Shown: one piece after another, positions 36,965 to 47,025 of the stretch | Position numbering within the stretch: position 1 is the stretch's first letter | Layout: each line of letters begins with the position of its first letter | Source of the DNA: Melioribacter roseus | GTDB taxonomy: Bacteria > Bacteroidota > Ignavibacteria > Ignavibacteriales > Melioribacteraceae | Assembly: GCA_020723165.1 (NCBI GenBank) | Contig: DYJK01000004.1 | Coordinates: 3,270 to 67,269, forward strand | DNA length: 64,000 nt | Direction: 5' to 3' | Translations under genes and position numbers: made by a program | Notes under the pieces: generated by a model | Seen by the model: the letters and a program-made list of their open reading frames with translations, nothing else | Told to the model about the DNA's origin: nothing | The model's database searches: none

Positions 36965-39241
36965 ATGAAAATTAAAACCGTCATAATTTTGAATTTATTA
37001 TTACTAATAAATTTTTCTGTTGCTCAAAATAAAATTAACTTAGCAAAAGTTACTGAAGGTGTTCAACTGCAAAAGGAATCATATCCAATTCATGCACGTC
37101 CTTACCTTGATAAGTTTTATAAAGATACCGGGTATGACATCAGTAAAGAGGAATTGCTAGGTAACCGCCTTTTAAAAGCTGCATGGAATTTTCAAGTGGG
37201 AACGGCGGTTAACTGGAAAGCAATAAATTTTCAATCGAGTTCGTATTATGATGTACCTTCAACTTGCAGAAGTGTCGGGACTAACTGTTACATATTTGTT
37301 GAGAATACAATCTGGGGCGTGAGCGTTAATCAAAATGGCGTTGATAAAGTTGCCGAGGCATTCGATTCTAAAACACCGGCAAATGCGAGTAAAGGAATTT
37401 ATCAAACCAATGTAGAAACATTCGGTAATCCACCGAATGTAGATGGCGATTCAAAAATAATAATTCTGGTTCTTGATATTAAAGATGATTATGCCGGGCC
37501 GGGAAGCGGCTATGTTGCCGGTTATTTTAGTTCTACTGATCAAACACAAAGTTCTAACAGCAACAAAGCGGAGATTTATTATTTAGATGGTGTTCAAAGC
37601 AATTTAACAACTACCGGCGGTTTGGAAACTGCTATGGCTACTACCGCACATGAATTCCAGCACATGATTCATTTTAATTATATAGTAAATGATGAAACAT
37701 TTTATGATGAATGCTGGTCGGTCTCTGCTGAATTTGTTAATGGTTATGAATTATACGCTCCAAGTCTTTATGCTGGCGAGCCAAATCAATGGCTGTACAG
37801 ATGGCGTGATAATCTTGATGAAGGTTTGAATGATTATTCGAGAGCTGCGAGGTTTGGTTTGTATATTTATGAACAATTTGGTGCTCAAATTTTCAAAAAG
37901 TATTTAGACTTGAAGATAAAAGGAGGGAACGGATTAAATACCTCTCTTACTGCACTTGGATTTACCAGGCAGCTGGCAGATATTTTACCTGACTGGTTTA
38001 TAGCAAATTATCTAGACGATAAATCTATCGATCCTAAATGGGGTTATGATTATCCCGATCTACCTCTAATGGATTTCAGAGAACATGTTAATCCAAACGT
38101 TACGATGAGCGATCAAATTCATAACATGGGAGTTCAATATATTACTTATACCGGCGGAGAAAATTTAAATATTAATTTTAGCAACAGCAGTATTCCCACT
38201 AATCTAAAAAGTAATTTCAAAGTGAAAGCAATAAAATATGGTGTTGGTGCCGAAGTGGAAAGTGTAACTGTCAATTCAGATTACAGTCTTCCCACATTTG
38301 GAACTGATATTGGTGAAGTAACATTTTTAGTTTACATGGATAATATAAGTACAATAACAGGCGGCGGACCGTTTAATTACTCCTACACATCTTCAGGTAC
38401 GTTTGAAAGCCAGGTTGTATCTTTAATTTACGACGATGCTGATACAGAAGCAGCATTAGGTGCTTTTGTATTGACTCCGGGTGATTCAATTGCCGTATTC
38501 TTTGATGGTGTACTAGGAACCACGCTTGATTCTCTCATCGTTGGATTGCGTAATGATAAACAAATAACCGGCAAAGTTTATAGAACTAAAACAACTGTAA
38601 TAGGACCCGGCCTGGCAATATCGCTGCCATTTACTTTAACTGGCAATTCATCTCCAGTGACACCATTTCCAGTGCCGTGGCCAAACATGGTTAAAATGGA
38701 TTTAACAAGTCAGGATATTGATGCAAGCTCTGATTTTTGCGTTGTATTTCCTTACCAGGGTACTAATGGTAATAATATAGTAGTTACGGAAAGAACGCCG
38801 TCAGAATATTATCATAGTTTAACTTATTTAAATGAACCTACAAATGGAACTCCCGGTTGGTATTATTTGGCTGTGTCTGATAATAGTGTTGGTATTTACG
38901 TTATTCGTGCTTACGTTAGTTATGATGGGACCGATGTTGACGAACCAATAGAAATATTACCTTCAAATTTCAGTCTAGAACAAAACTATCCAAATCCATT
39001 TAACCCGGAAACAGTTATAAGATTCAGTTTACCGACGCCGTCTAATGTCCAAATAAAAATTTATGATGTGCTAGGTAAGGAAATTAGAACATTGATAGAT
39101 GAAGAAAGATCATCAGGAAAACATAATATATATTGGAACGCAACAGATAATTTTGGAAGACGAGTTTCGAGTGGTGTTTACTTCTATACAATTGCCGCAG
39201 ATAATTTTATACAAACTAAGAAAATGGTTTTGATGAAATAA
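36965..39241 (+). CDS. secreted zinc-metallopeptidase-like protein with T9SS C-terminal sorting domain
   Basis: Signal peptide MKIKTVIILNLLLLINFSVAQ (start moved to ATG 36965). HExxH motif in TTAHEFQHMIHF. C-terminal LEQNYPNPFNPETVIRFSL...GVYFYTIAADNFIQTKKMVLMK. Confidence 0.7.
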   Translation: MKIKTVIILNLLLLINFSVAQNKINLAKVTEGVQLQKESYPIHARPYLDKFYKDTGYDISKEELLGNRLLKAAWNFQVGTAVNWKAINFQSSSYYDVPSTCRSVGTNCYIFVENTIWGVSVNQNGVDKVAEAFDSKTPANASKGIYQTNVETFGNPPNVDGDSKIIILVLDIKDDYAGPGSGYVAGYFSSTDQTQSSNSNKAEIYYLDGVQSNLTTTGGLETAMATTAHEFQHMIHFNYIVNDETFYDECWSVSAEFVNGYELYAPSLYAGEPNQWLYRWRDNLDEGLNDYSRAARFGLYIYEQFGAQIFKKYLDLKIKGGNGLNTSLTALGFTRQLADILPDWFIANYLDDKSIDPKWGYDYPDLPLMDFREHVNPNVTMSDQIHNMGVQYITYTGGENLNINFSNSSIPTNLKSNFKVKAIKYGVGAEVESVTVNSDYSLPTFGTDIGEVTFLVYMDNISTITGGGPFNYSYTSSGTFESQVVSLIYDDADTEAALGAFVLTPGDSIAVFFDGVLGTTLDSLIVGLRNDKQITGKVYRTKTTVIGPGLAISLPFTLTGNSSPVTPFPVPWPNMVKMDLTSQDIDASSDFCVVFPYQGTNGNNIVVTERTPSEYYHSLTYLNEPTNGTPGWYYLAVSDNSVGIYVIRAYVSYDGTDVDEPIEILPSNFSLEQNYPNPFNPETVIRFSLPTPSNVQIKIYDVLGKEIRTLIDEERSSGKHNIYWNATDNFGRRVSSGVYFYTIAADNFIQTKKMVLMK

Positions 39242-39253
39242 CCTCCCCCTTTG

Positions 39254-39328
39254 ATTCCCCCTCCGTCTCTCTGAGCGACTCGACTGAGTTCGTCGAAGAG
39301 AAGGAGGGGGATATGGGGGTGGTTTGAG
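39254..39328 (+). repeat. GC-rich palindromic intergenic element, family A copy 2
   Basis: Its 39-nt core (39269-39307) is identical to 34830-34868. Same orientation. Confidence 0.85.
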
Positions 39329-39331
39329 TTA

Positions 39332-40378
39332 TTATTTTACCGCAACACTTTCCTTTAGAAATAATTTTTGTAATTCTCTTTTCTTTTTATTCTTCCAAAC
39401 ACCTTTGTGATAAGCATAACCGGCAATAAGAGGCATTGCTATAGTAGCTTCGGAGTAAACCATTTGCTCAAATGTAGTCTCGACTTTACCCCACGAACTT
39501 GCCTCTTTAAGTGTAGAACTTGAAAGAGCGCCATCGCGTACATCAGCAACAGTAATTTGAACAGCATATTTATGCATAGGTGCATCTTCTTGCAATATGT
39601 CGGCCGCAACAACAATATCTTGTGTAAAGTTTTTTGGAACGCCGCCGCCAATCATAAAGATTCCGGTCTCTTTACTGTTCAATTTTATTTGTGTTAATTC
39701 ATAAAAGTCTTTGCCTGAATCAAACGAAACATGTTTTTCAGGATTATTATGTTGATGCATAACAATTCCAAAGCCGGCAGAACAATCCGAAAATGCCGGT
39801 ACGAAAATCGGCACATTGTTTTTGTATGCGGCATAGATTACAGAATCATCAACTTTAGGTCCGCCGTTTTCATCAAGATATTTTCCAAAGTTCCATAAAA
39901 GTTCACGTGACGAATATGGGCGAGGTTCGAGCGAGTTGAATATTTTTTCAGTTGTTTCATCGCAAATGCGGAGTTCGTCTTCGTCAATAAATGTATCGTA
40001 AATACGATCGATGTGGAGTTCGCGCATTTCGTTATCGTCAACGAATGGTGAACCAATGTAATGTTTGAATCCGAGCGCTTCAAAAAAATCCTGGTCAACC
40101 ATTATTGCCCCGGTAGATACAATTGCATCAACCATATTATTGGAAACGAGATCGTACACGACTCGTTTTAAACCGGCGCTGAACAAACTACCGGCGAGTG
40201 TGAGAATAACTGTACAGTTCGGATCGCCAACCATCTTCTCAAATATTTTTGCGGCTCTGTTAAGGTCGCGTGCGCTGAATGCCATTTGTTCCATCGAATC
40301 AACAAGTTTTATAACGTTGTGTTCTTTGATGTCTATATGTTTTATTACTTCTTTTAAATAATCTTTCTTTGTTGCCAT
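39332..40378 (-). CDS. deoxyhypusine synthase-family protein (bacterial DHS-like)
   Basis: 348 aa. TLAGSLFSAGLK, VDAIVSTGA, and GGGVPKNF near the C-terminal third. Confidence 0.8.
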   Translation of the reverse strand: MATKKDYLKEVIKHIDIKEHNVIKLVDSMEQMAFSARDLNRAAKIFEKMVGDPNCTVILTLAGSLFSAGLKRVVYDLVSNNMVDAIVSTGAIMVDQDFFEALGFKHYIGSPFVDDNEMRELHIDRIYDTFIDEDELRICDETTEKIFNSLEPRPYSSRELLWNFGKYLDENGGPKVDDSVIYAAYKNNVPIFVPAFSDCSAGFGIVMHQHNNPEKHVSFDSGKDFYELTQIKLNSKETGIFMIGGGVPKNFTQDIVVAADILQEDAPMHKYAVQITVADVRDGALSSSTLKEASSWGKVETTFEQMVYSEATIAMPLIAGYAYHKGVWKNKKKRELQKLFLKESVAVK

Positions 40379-40433
40379 TTCATTCCCTTCTTAGTTTAAA
40401 ATTTTGTGTGCAAATATAAAAAAAAGAGCGCAT

Positions 40434-40530
40434 AGTGGTGAGTGTAGAACGTTAAACAAAAAAGATAATCTGAATTCTGAACTCATCACCCGTTTTCGCC
40501 GGGCAAACTCTGCACTCTACACTCGTCACT
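40434..40530. repeat. inverted repeat between the DHS-like and epimerase genes
   Basis: AGTGGTGAGTGTAGA (40434-40448) pairs with the reverse complement of TCTACACTCGTCACT (40516-40530), 13 of 15 positions. Separated by about 65 nt. Confidence 0.45.
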
Positions 40531-40550
40531 CTTCACTAATTATTCTGTGT

Positions 40551-41588
40551 TCAAAATAAGTATTTCGCCAATTTTAGAATTCCTTGTTTCCATGGAACGC
40601 GGTGACTAATTCCGGATAGATCTTTAAACGAATCAAGATTTTCGAGATACCATTTGTAATTTCTAATCAATGCATCTTTGTTGGAATACTTCGGCTTGAA
40701 TCCTAAAATCTTTTCTGCCTTTTCAATAGAAACAAAAGAATCCTTTGAAGCAGTTTCATAAACCCATTTGTAAAGTGGAGAAAGTTTGAGCGCTTCTAAA
40801 AATTTTAAAGTCCAGATAATAGGCTTTTCAGGAAGTCCGATAATTTTTTTATTAAAGCCGGCATAATCTAAAACCGCTTGATAATCTTCTCTCATTGTAG
40901 TAAACTTTTTAGCACCGATGTTGAAAATATCGTTCACCTTTTCTGTTGGTAGTGACATAGTTAGATAGATTGCATCGCATAAATCCTCAACATCTAAAAG
41001 CTGGTAATGGTTGTTGCCTTTACCTATCATTGGAAAATTTTTACCATCCTTTGCCCAATCATAAAAAAGAGCAAACACACCAAGCCGTTCCGGACCAATA
41101 AAAGACTTGGGGCGAATTATCGGTACACACATTCCTTTCTTTTGGTATTCAAGGCAAACCTTTTCAGCTTCTATTTTAGCTTTGCCGTATGGACCAACAC
41201 CATCGAGTTTATCACTTTCGTAAAGCGGATGGTGATCAGGTATTCCATAAACAGCAGTAGATGAGATATGGATGAATCGTTCTACCTTGTTTTTAAAAGC
41301 CGCATCTATAAGATTTCGTGTCCCTTCAATGTCCGTAGAAAAAATTTCTTCGGGAGTATAAAGCGGAAGTGCAGCCGCGCAGTGTACAACAACATCAATA
41401 TCTCTCATTGCATTATCGATTAAATTCTTATCCCTTATGTCGCCTTTAATGTGAGTAATAAGTTGATTTACATCGGGATAATCGAAATCATTTAGATCCA
41501 GTGAAATGATGTCATAATTTTTGTTTAATAAATACCTAATGAGGTTGATTCCTAGGAATCCTGAACCGCCGGTAATTAAAGCTTTCAT
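40551..41588 (-). CDS. NAD-dependent epimerase/dehydratase (extended SDR)
   Basis: 345 aa. MKALITGGSGFLGINLIRYLL and YGKAK (the YxxxK catalytic motif). Confidence 0.85.
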   Translation of the reverse strand: MKALITGGSGFLGINLIRYLLNKNYDIISLDLNDFDYPDVNQLITHIKGDIRDKNLIDNAMRDIDVVVHCAAALPLYTPEEIFSTDIEGTRNLIDAAFKNKVERFIHISSTAVYGIPDHHPLYESDKLDGVGPYGKAKIEAEKVCLEYQKKGMCVPIIRPKSFIGPERLGVFALFYDWAKDGKNFPMIGKGNNHYQLLDVEDLCDAIYLTMSLPTEKVNDIFNIGAKKFTTMREDYQAVLDYAGFNKKIIGLPEKPIIWTLKFLEALKLSPLYKWVYETASKDSFVSIEKAEKILGFKPKYSNKDALIRNYKWYLENLDSFKDLSGISHRVPWKQGILKLAKYLF

Positions 41589-41677
41589 AATAAATATTAG
41601 TGAGTGTTAGAAAATATAAGAATCAAGCAAAAAAACAGATTTATTGTGTACAAGTTATTAAAATTTCAGCACATTTC

Positions 41678-41706
41678 TTGACATTCTAACCATATGCCAA
41701 TATATT
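41678..41706 (+). promoter_or_regulatory. sigma70-type promoter for rplM-rpsI
   Basis: TTGACA (41678-41683), 17 nt spacer, TATATT (41701-41706). Lies about 43 nt upstream of the rplM start. Confidence 0.6.
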
Positions 41707-41748
41707 TGAAACCTTTGAAAAATAGAATTACGCAGTTTGGAGGAATAA

Positions 41749-42189
41749 TTGAAACAAGAGAGAATAACCCGGTTCATTAAAGCGGAAGATGCTAATCAAA
41801 AATGGTATGTTGTTGATGCCAGAGATCAGGTTTTAGGACGCTTAGCTGCAAAAGTAGCGCATGTAATTCGTGGAAAACATAAAGCTTTCTTTACGCCTAA
41901 TATGGATACGGGTGATTTTGTTGTTGTGATAAATGCTGAAAAAGTAAAAATGACCGGCAAGAGAGAATCACAGAAAACTTATTTTACTCACTCTATGTAT
42001 CCGGGTGGAGCTAAAACAAGATCCTATACAGAAATGATGGCAAAGAAACCTGAGTTTGCTGTTGAAACCGCTGTTAGAGGTATGCTGCCCAAGACAAAAC
42101 TAGGGAAAAAATTAATTAAGAAGTTAAAAGTTTATGCCGGTGAATCACATCCGCATAGTGCACAAAAACCTGAAGTTTTAAGTTTATAA
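41749..42189 (+). CDS. rplM: 50S ribosomal protein L13
   Basis: 146 aa. KWYVVDARDQVLGRLAAKVAHVIRGKHK. TTG start after GGAGGA. Confidence 0.95.
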   Translation: MKQERITRFIKAEDANQKWYVVDARDQVLGRLAAKVAHVIRGKHKAFFTPNMDTGDFVVVINAEKVKMTGKRESQKTYFTHSMYPGGAKTRSYTEMMAKKPEFAVETAVRGMLPKTKLGKKLIKKLKVYAGESHPHSAQKPEVLSL

Positions 42190-42198
42190 CGGAGTTAT

Positions 42199-42588
42199 TT
42201 GATGGTAGACAAATTATTTGTCGGAAGAAGAAAAAATGCAGTAGCCAGAGTTTATTTAAGAACCGGTTCCGGTAAAGTTACTGTAAATGAGAAAGAAATC
42301 GAGAAGCATTTTCAGCTTAAAGAACACAGAGATAATATTCTTTTACCGTTTGTAGCTACAGAAACATTGGGCAAATATGATGTTTTTGCAAATGTAAATG
42401 GCGGCGGTATAACCGGTCAATCTGACGCTGTACGCCTTGGTATTGCAAGAGCATTAGAAGATATAAATCCTGAATTCCGTTCATCATTAAAATCAGAAGG
42501 ACTTCTTAAAAGAGATCCCAGGATGGTTGAACGTAAAAAATACGGACAGAAGAAAGCAAGAAAGAGATTCCAATTCTCTAAGAGATAA
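42199..42588 (+). CDS. rpsI: 30S ribosomal protein S9
   Basis: 129 aa. [10 protein letters not shown]...[19 protein letters not shown]...[24 protein letters not shown]. The true start may be the ATG at 42202. Confidence 0.95.
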   Translation: MMVDKLFVGRRKNAVARVYLRTGSGKVTVNEKEIEKHFQLKEHRDNILLPFVATETLGKYDVFANVNGGGITGQSDAVRLGIARALEDINPEFRSSLKSEGLLKRDPRMVERKKYGQKKARKRFQFSKR

Positions 42589-42614
42589 AAATCAGTTAAT
42601 TAATTTAATAATCA

Positions 42615-42678
42615 TACTCTCGGATTTGCCACCGTGTCTCACCCAAAAAAGAGATGAACGGCAAAGAAGATGAGGGTA
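42615..42678 (+). promoter_or_regulatory. structured 5' leader upstream of rpsB (candidate S2 autoregulatory element)
   Basis: Three nested helices: TACTCTC/GAGGGTA, TTTGCC/GGCAAA and TCTC/GAGA. The structure ends 20 nt before the rpsB ATG. Confidence 0.35.
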
Positions 42679-42697
42679 GAAGAAAAACGGAGAAAAC

Positions 42698-43618
42698 ATG
42701 TCTAAAGTACAACTCACAGAACTTATCGAAGCCGGTGCACACTTCGGGCACTTAACACGCAGATGGAATCCTAAAATGAAGCCATATATCTTTATGGAAA
42801 AAAACGGGATTCACATCATCGACCTTAAAAAAACACAAGAAGCTATTGATAATGCTGCCCAGGCAATGACCGAAGTAGTTTCCCAAGGTAAAAGGATTTT
42901 ATTTGTTGGTACAAAGAAACAAGCAAAAGGTACAATTGCTTCAGAAGCAAGAAGATCTGAAAGCAACTGGGTTAGCGAAAGATGGCTGGGCGGAATGCTC
43001 ACAAACTTTTCAACTATACGCAAAAGTATTAAAAGATTGCAGAATATTGAGAAGATGGAAAGCGACGGTACGTTTGAGAAGATAACAAAAAAGGAAAGAT
43101 TAGTTCTAACACGTGAGAAAGATAAGCTAAGAAAAGTATTGGATGGTGTTGAAACAATGTCGAAACTTCCCGGTGCACTTTTTGTTGTAGATATTAAAAA
43201 AGAAGCGATTGCAATTAATGAAGCACTCAGATTGAATGTGCCGATATTTGCAATTGTTGATACAAATTGTGACCCCGATAAGATAGATTATATTATTCCG
43301 GCAAATGATGATGCATCGCGTGCTGTTGAGGTAATCACAAAAGTTATTGCCGATGCAATAGTTGAAGGAAACATAAAATCGAAAGAATTGCGTGCACACG
43401 AAGCCGCTGAAAAAGAAAAAGATAAAAAGATTGGTGAAGAGGAATCCCGTGAACCTGAAAAGAAAGAATCTAAAGGGAAGGTTCGTAGGGTTAGATTTGA
43501 AGGTAAAGATGAAAAACGGGGAGATAGAAGACCAAGAAATGAAAAATTTGAACGCAAAGAAAGAACCGATCGTAAAGAAAATGAGAAACCTTCAACAGAA
43601 GGAAGTAAAACAGAATAA
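42698..43618 (+). CDS. rpsB: 30S ribosomal protein S2, with long charged C-terminal tail
   Basis: 306 aa. [15 protein letters not shown]...VDTNCDP. The last roughly 70 aa are K/E/R-rich low complexity. Confidence 0.95.
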   Translation: MSKVQLTELIEAGAHFGHLTRRWNPKMKPYIFMEKNGIHIIDLKKTQEAIDNAAQAMTEVVSQGKRILFVGTKKQAKGTIASEARRSESNWVSERWLGGMLTNFSTIRKSIKRLQNIEKMESDGTFEKITKKERLVLTREKDKLRKVLDGVETMSKLPGALFVVDIKKEAIAINEALRLNVPIFAIVDTNCDPDKIDYIIPANDDASRAVEVITKVIADAIVEGNIKSKELRAHEAAEKEKDKKIGEEESREPEKKESKGKVRRVRFEGKDEKRGDRRPRNEKFERKERTDRKENEKPSTEGSKTE

Positions 43619-43652
43619 ATAATAGAATTGAAATAAAAAGAGGAAATTAATC

Positions 43653-44522
43653 ATGTCAGTAAGTGCCAATGCAGTAAAGGAGCTGAGAGATAAAACCGGT
43701 GCCGGTATGATGGATTGTAAGAAAGCACTCAATGAAGCTAATGGTGATTTTGAGAAAGCTATCGAAATACTAAGAAAGAAAGGTGCTTCCGTTGCTGCAA
43801 AAAGAGCAGAAAGAAGTGCTAACGAAGGTATTGTTTTAACTAAAATTTTTAATAACGGAAAATCTGCTGCAATTGTTGAAGTTAATTGTGAAACCGATTT
43901 TGTTGCCAAGAGTGATGACTTTGTTAACTTTGTTAATTTTGTTATTGATATTATCGTTAACGAAAAACCGTCTGATCTTGAATCATTAAAGAAACTATCA
44001 CTGAACGGTAAAGTTTTGGCTGATGAATTAAATGCATTGATTGGTAAAATTGGGGAGAAAATTGAAGTATCGAGGTTTACAATAGAGAATTCCGAAACCG
44101 GTGAAGTAGTTGATTATGTACATCATGGTTCTAAACTGGGAGTTCTCATCAAAGCTGATAATGTTCCGGCTGAAAAAGCAGATATACTTAAACCGGTATT
44201 AAAAGACATTGCAATGCAAGTAGCCGCTATGAGACCATTAACAATCTATCGTGATGAAGTTGATAAAACAGTAGTAGAAAAAGAAATAGAAATTTATAAA
44301 GAACTTGCACGCAAAGAAGGCAAACCCGAACAAATTCTTGAAAAAATTGCTGTTGGCAAATTGAATAAGTTTTATGAAGAGAACTGTTTGTATGAACAAG
44401 CTTACATTAAAGACAACACTAAAAAGGTAAGCGATCTTCTCACAGAATTCAACAAAGCTAATTCTTCGCAAACAAAGCTTATTCTATTCCGAAGATTTCA
44501 TATAAGCGATGAAAAAAAGTAA
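43653..44522 (+). CDS. tsf: translation elongation factor Ts
   Basis: 289 aa. VKELRDKTGAGMMDCKKALNEANGDFEKAIEILRKKG. Confidence 0.95.
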   Translation: MSVSANAVKELRDKTGAGMMDCKKALNEANGDFEKAIEILRKKGASVAAKRAERSANEGIVLTKIFNNGKSAAIVEVNCETDFVAKSDDFVNFVNFVIDIIVNEKPSDLESLKKLSLNGKVLADELNALIGKIGEKIEVSRFTIENSETGEVVDYVHHGSKLGVLIKADNVPAEKADILKPVLKDIAMQVAAMRPLTIYRDEVDKTVVEKEIEIYKELARKEGKPEQILEKIAVGKLNKFYEENCLYEQAYIKDNTKKVSDLLTEFNKANSSQTKLILFRRFHISDEKK

Positions 44523-44529
44523 AATGAAA

Positions 44530-44564
44530 AAAGGTCTTATTTCACAATAAGACCTTTTTTTTTA
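44530..44564 (+). terminator. rho-independent terminator after tsf
   Basis: AAAGGTCTTATTTCACAATAAGACCTTTTTTTTT. Confidence 0.8.
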
Positions 44565-44579
44565 TATTGGAATTATAGT

Positions 44580-45305
44580 ATGGCTCAAAATCTCAAATAC
44601 AAAAGAATTTTATTAAAGCTCAGCGGCGAATCTTTAATGGGCAGCAAATCTTTTGGCATTGATCAAAATGTCCTTGAATATTTTGCCCAGGAAATTAAAT
44701 CAATACATAGCTTAGGTGTGCGAATAGGAATTGTAATTGGCGGTGGAAATATTTATCGCGGTTTAAGTGCAAATGAGCAAGGTATTGATAGAGTTACCGG
44801 TGATCAGATGGGCATGCTGGCTACAATAATTAATTCACTTGCTTTGCAAAACACTCTTGAAAAGCATGGGATCTTTACACGGTTAATGTCTGCAATCAAA
44901 ATGGAAGAGATTGCCGAACCTTACATAAGGCGGAGAGCACTTAGACACTTAGAAAAAGAACGTATCGTTATCTTTGGCGCCGGTACCGGTCACCCGTATT
45001 TCAGCACGGATACTGCGGCTTCATTACGTGCTGTTGAAATTGGGGCGGACGCTATTTTCAAAGGAACACGTGTTGATGGTGTTTTTGATTCTGATCCCGA
45101 GAAAAATCCGAATGCAAATCTTTTTGATGAAATTTCATATATGGATGTTCTGAAAAAAAATCTTAGAGTAATGGATATGACTGCTATCAGTTTATGCCAG
45201 GAAAACAACTTACCGATCGTAGTCTTTAATATGGATATTCCCGGTAATCTTTTTAAAGTTGTTACCGGTGAAAACGTTGGTACTGCTGTTGGTAATTTTA
45301 GATAG
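44580..45305 (+). CDS. pyrH: UMP kinase
   Basis: 241 aa. [13 protein letters not shown]...GGGNIYRG...[16 protein letters not shown]. Confidence 0.95.
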   Translation: MAQNLKYKRILLKLSGESLMGSKSFGIDQNVLEYFAQEIKSIHSLGVRIGIVIGGGNIYRGLSANEQGIDRVTGDQMGMLATIINSLALQNTLEKHGIFTRLMSAIKMEEIAEPYIRRRALRHLEKERIVIFGAGTGHPYFSTDTAASLRAVEIGADAIFKGTRVDGVFDSDPEKNPNANLFDEISYMDVLKKNLRVMDMTAISLCQENNLPIVVFNMDIPGNLFKVVTGENVGTAVGNFR

Positions 45306-45338
45306 TAAAATCAAGTCGAAATAAAAATCGAGGCAGCT

Positions 45339-45899
45339 ATGATGAATCATCCCTTATTAAAAGATGCCAGGCAGAGAATGGATAAGAGTGTAGAAGCTTT
45401 TAGAAATGAAATTGCAAAAATTAGAACCGGTAAAGCCACAACTGCTTTGTTAGATGGAATCAAAGTTGATTATTACGGTACATTGACACCGTTAAACCAG
45501 GTTGGTAATGTTTCTGTGATGGATGTTCATACAATCTCAATTACACCCTGGGATAAGAGTATGGTGCTGGTTATTGATAAAGCAATTTTAGCTTCCGATC
45601 TTGGTTTAAATCCTATTAGCGATGGTACAAATCTTAAAATTCCTATTCCGGCGTTAACTGAAGAACGAAGAAGAGAGTTGGTCAAGATTGTTAAAAAGTT
45701 TGGAGAAGATGCTAAGGTAGCTTTGCGGAATGTACGCCGCGATACTAATGATCATCTTAAAAAGGTTGAAAAGAATAAGGAATTAACTGAAGATCAATTG
45801 AAAGAAGCGGAAAAAGAAACACAAAAACTTACCGATGAACATATTGCAAAGATTGAAGATATAATAAAGCATAAAGAAAAAGAGATAATGGAAGTATAG
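45339..45899 (+). CDS. frr: ribosome recycling factor
   Basis: 186 aa. IRTGKATTALLDGIKVDYYG...LTEERRRELVK...VRRDTND. Confidence 0.95.
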   Translation: MMNHPLLKDARQRMDKSVEAFRNEIAKIRTGKATTALLDGIKVDYYGTLTPLNQVGNVSVMDVHTISITPWDKSMVLVIDKAILASDLGLNPISDGTNLKIPIPALTEERRRELVKIVKKFGEDAKVALRNVRRDTNDHLKKVEKNKELTEDQLKEAEKETQKLTDEHIAKIEDIIKHKEKEIMEV

Positions 45900-45957
45900 G
45901 GAAACCAGAATACAGAAGAGAGTCCGAAGGACTCCTATGAAGAATTTTGTTGTAAAG

Positions 45958-45986
45958 AAACTCCGGTAATTGCCGGAGTTTTTTTA
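45958..45986 (+). terminator. rho-independent terminator after frr
   Basis: AAACTCCGGTAATTGCCGGAGTTTTTTTA. Confidence 0.85.
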
Positions 45987-46270
45987 TAGCTTGATTAATA
46001 CATCTACAATTTTTTGCTCTTTGCAATCTAAATTTCTTAAAAAGACCACTTGACTTATATTCCCATTCTAGGTAGCTTAAAGCCAGTAAAGAAAACATTA
46101 ACTAATAAGATACTAATCAAAAAAAATTATCTTTCCGTGCAAATTTCTTCTTACCGTTAAATCATTTTTAAGTGTTTAGTTTTTGTATTAGTATCACTTG
46201 AATATTGAAAGACATATCAATTACTGAAAGTTTAGTTTATAAGAAAATTTTTTAGTGAAATTAAGTAATC

Positions 46271-47023
46271 ATGAATACTGAAAATGTAAATAAAATTTTA
46301 ACGGCAATTATAGTTGATGATGAACTACACGGGAGAGAAAATCTTAAGAATATTATCGAAAATTATTGTCCTGAAATAAAAATTCTAGGATTAGCTGACT
46401 CGGTAATTAAAGCAAAAGAGCAAGTACTTATTCATCAGCCGGATGTTGTTTTTCTTGATATTAATATGCCCGTACTTAACGGCTTTGATTTTCTTGAAGA
46501 ATTTGATGATAGAAAATTTATGGTTGTTTTTGTAAGCGCTCATGAAGAATATGGAATAAATGCTGTGAAAGCCGGTGCTACGGATTATATCCTTAAGCCG
46601 GTAAATATAAAGGAACTAAAACTAACTGTTAAAAAACTTTTATTGGTAATTGGTAAGACAAAACAAGTTGATAAAATTTATGATACTGATAAATTAATTC
46701 TGCCTACATCTCACGGATTTGACGTACTTCCTTTTGACAATATAATCCGGTTCGAAGCGGAAGGATGTTATACAAAAGTGATAATTAAAGAGGGGAAGAA
46801 TAAAATTGTTTCCCGCACCTTAAAAGATTTTGAAGATACACTGCCAAAAGAAAAATTTTTTAGAATTCATAAATCACACATGGTTAATCTAAAATATATT
46901 AAAGATTACACAAGAATCAGCGGAAACTTTATTACAATGATAGACGGAAGCAGAATTGAAATCTCACGGCGGAAAGCGCCCGAATTTGTTCAAAAAATTA
47001 AGACAGCTCTGAAGACTGTCTAA
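46271..47023 (+). CDS. LytTR-family response regulator (REC + LytTR DNA-binding domain)
   Basis: 250 aa. AIIVDDE...DVVFLDINMP...GATDYILKP, then a LytTR-like C-terminus (FFRIHKSHMVNLKYI...ISRRK). Confidence 0.9.
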   Translation: MNTENVNKILTAIIVDDELHGRENLKNIIENYCPEIKILGLADSVIKAKEQVLIHQPDVVFLDINMPVLNGFDFLEEFDDRKFMVVFVSAHEEYGINAVKAGATDYILKPVNIKELKLTVKKLLLVIGKTKQVDKIYDTDKLILPTSHGFDVLPFDNIIRFEAEGCYTKVIIKEGKNKIVSRTLKDFEDTLPKEKFFRIHKSHMVNLKYIKDYTRISGNFITMIDGSRIEISRRKAPEFVQKIKTALKTV

Positions 47024-47025
47024 CT

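Noticed and set aside
45987-46270. 280-nt non-coding stretch between the frr terminator and the LytTR regulator gene, examined for an sRNA or riboswitch
   Set aside because: It is AT-rich, with no convincing stem-loops or conserved motif recognisable by eye. It most likely holds only the promoter region of the two-component operon.
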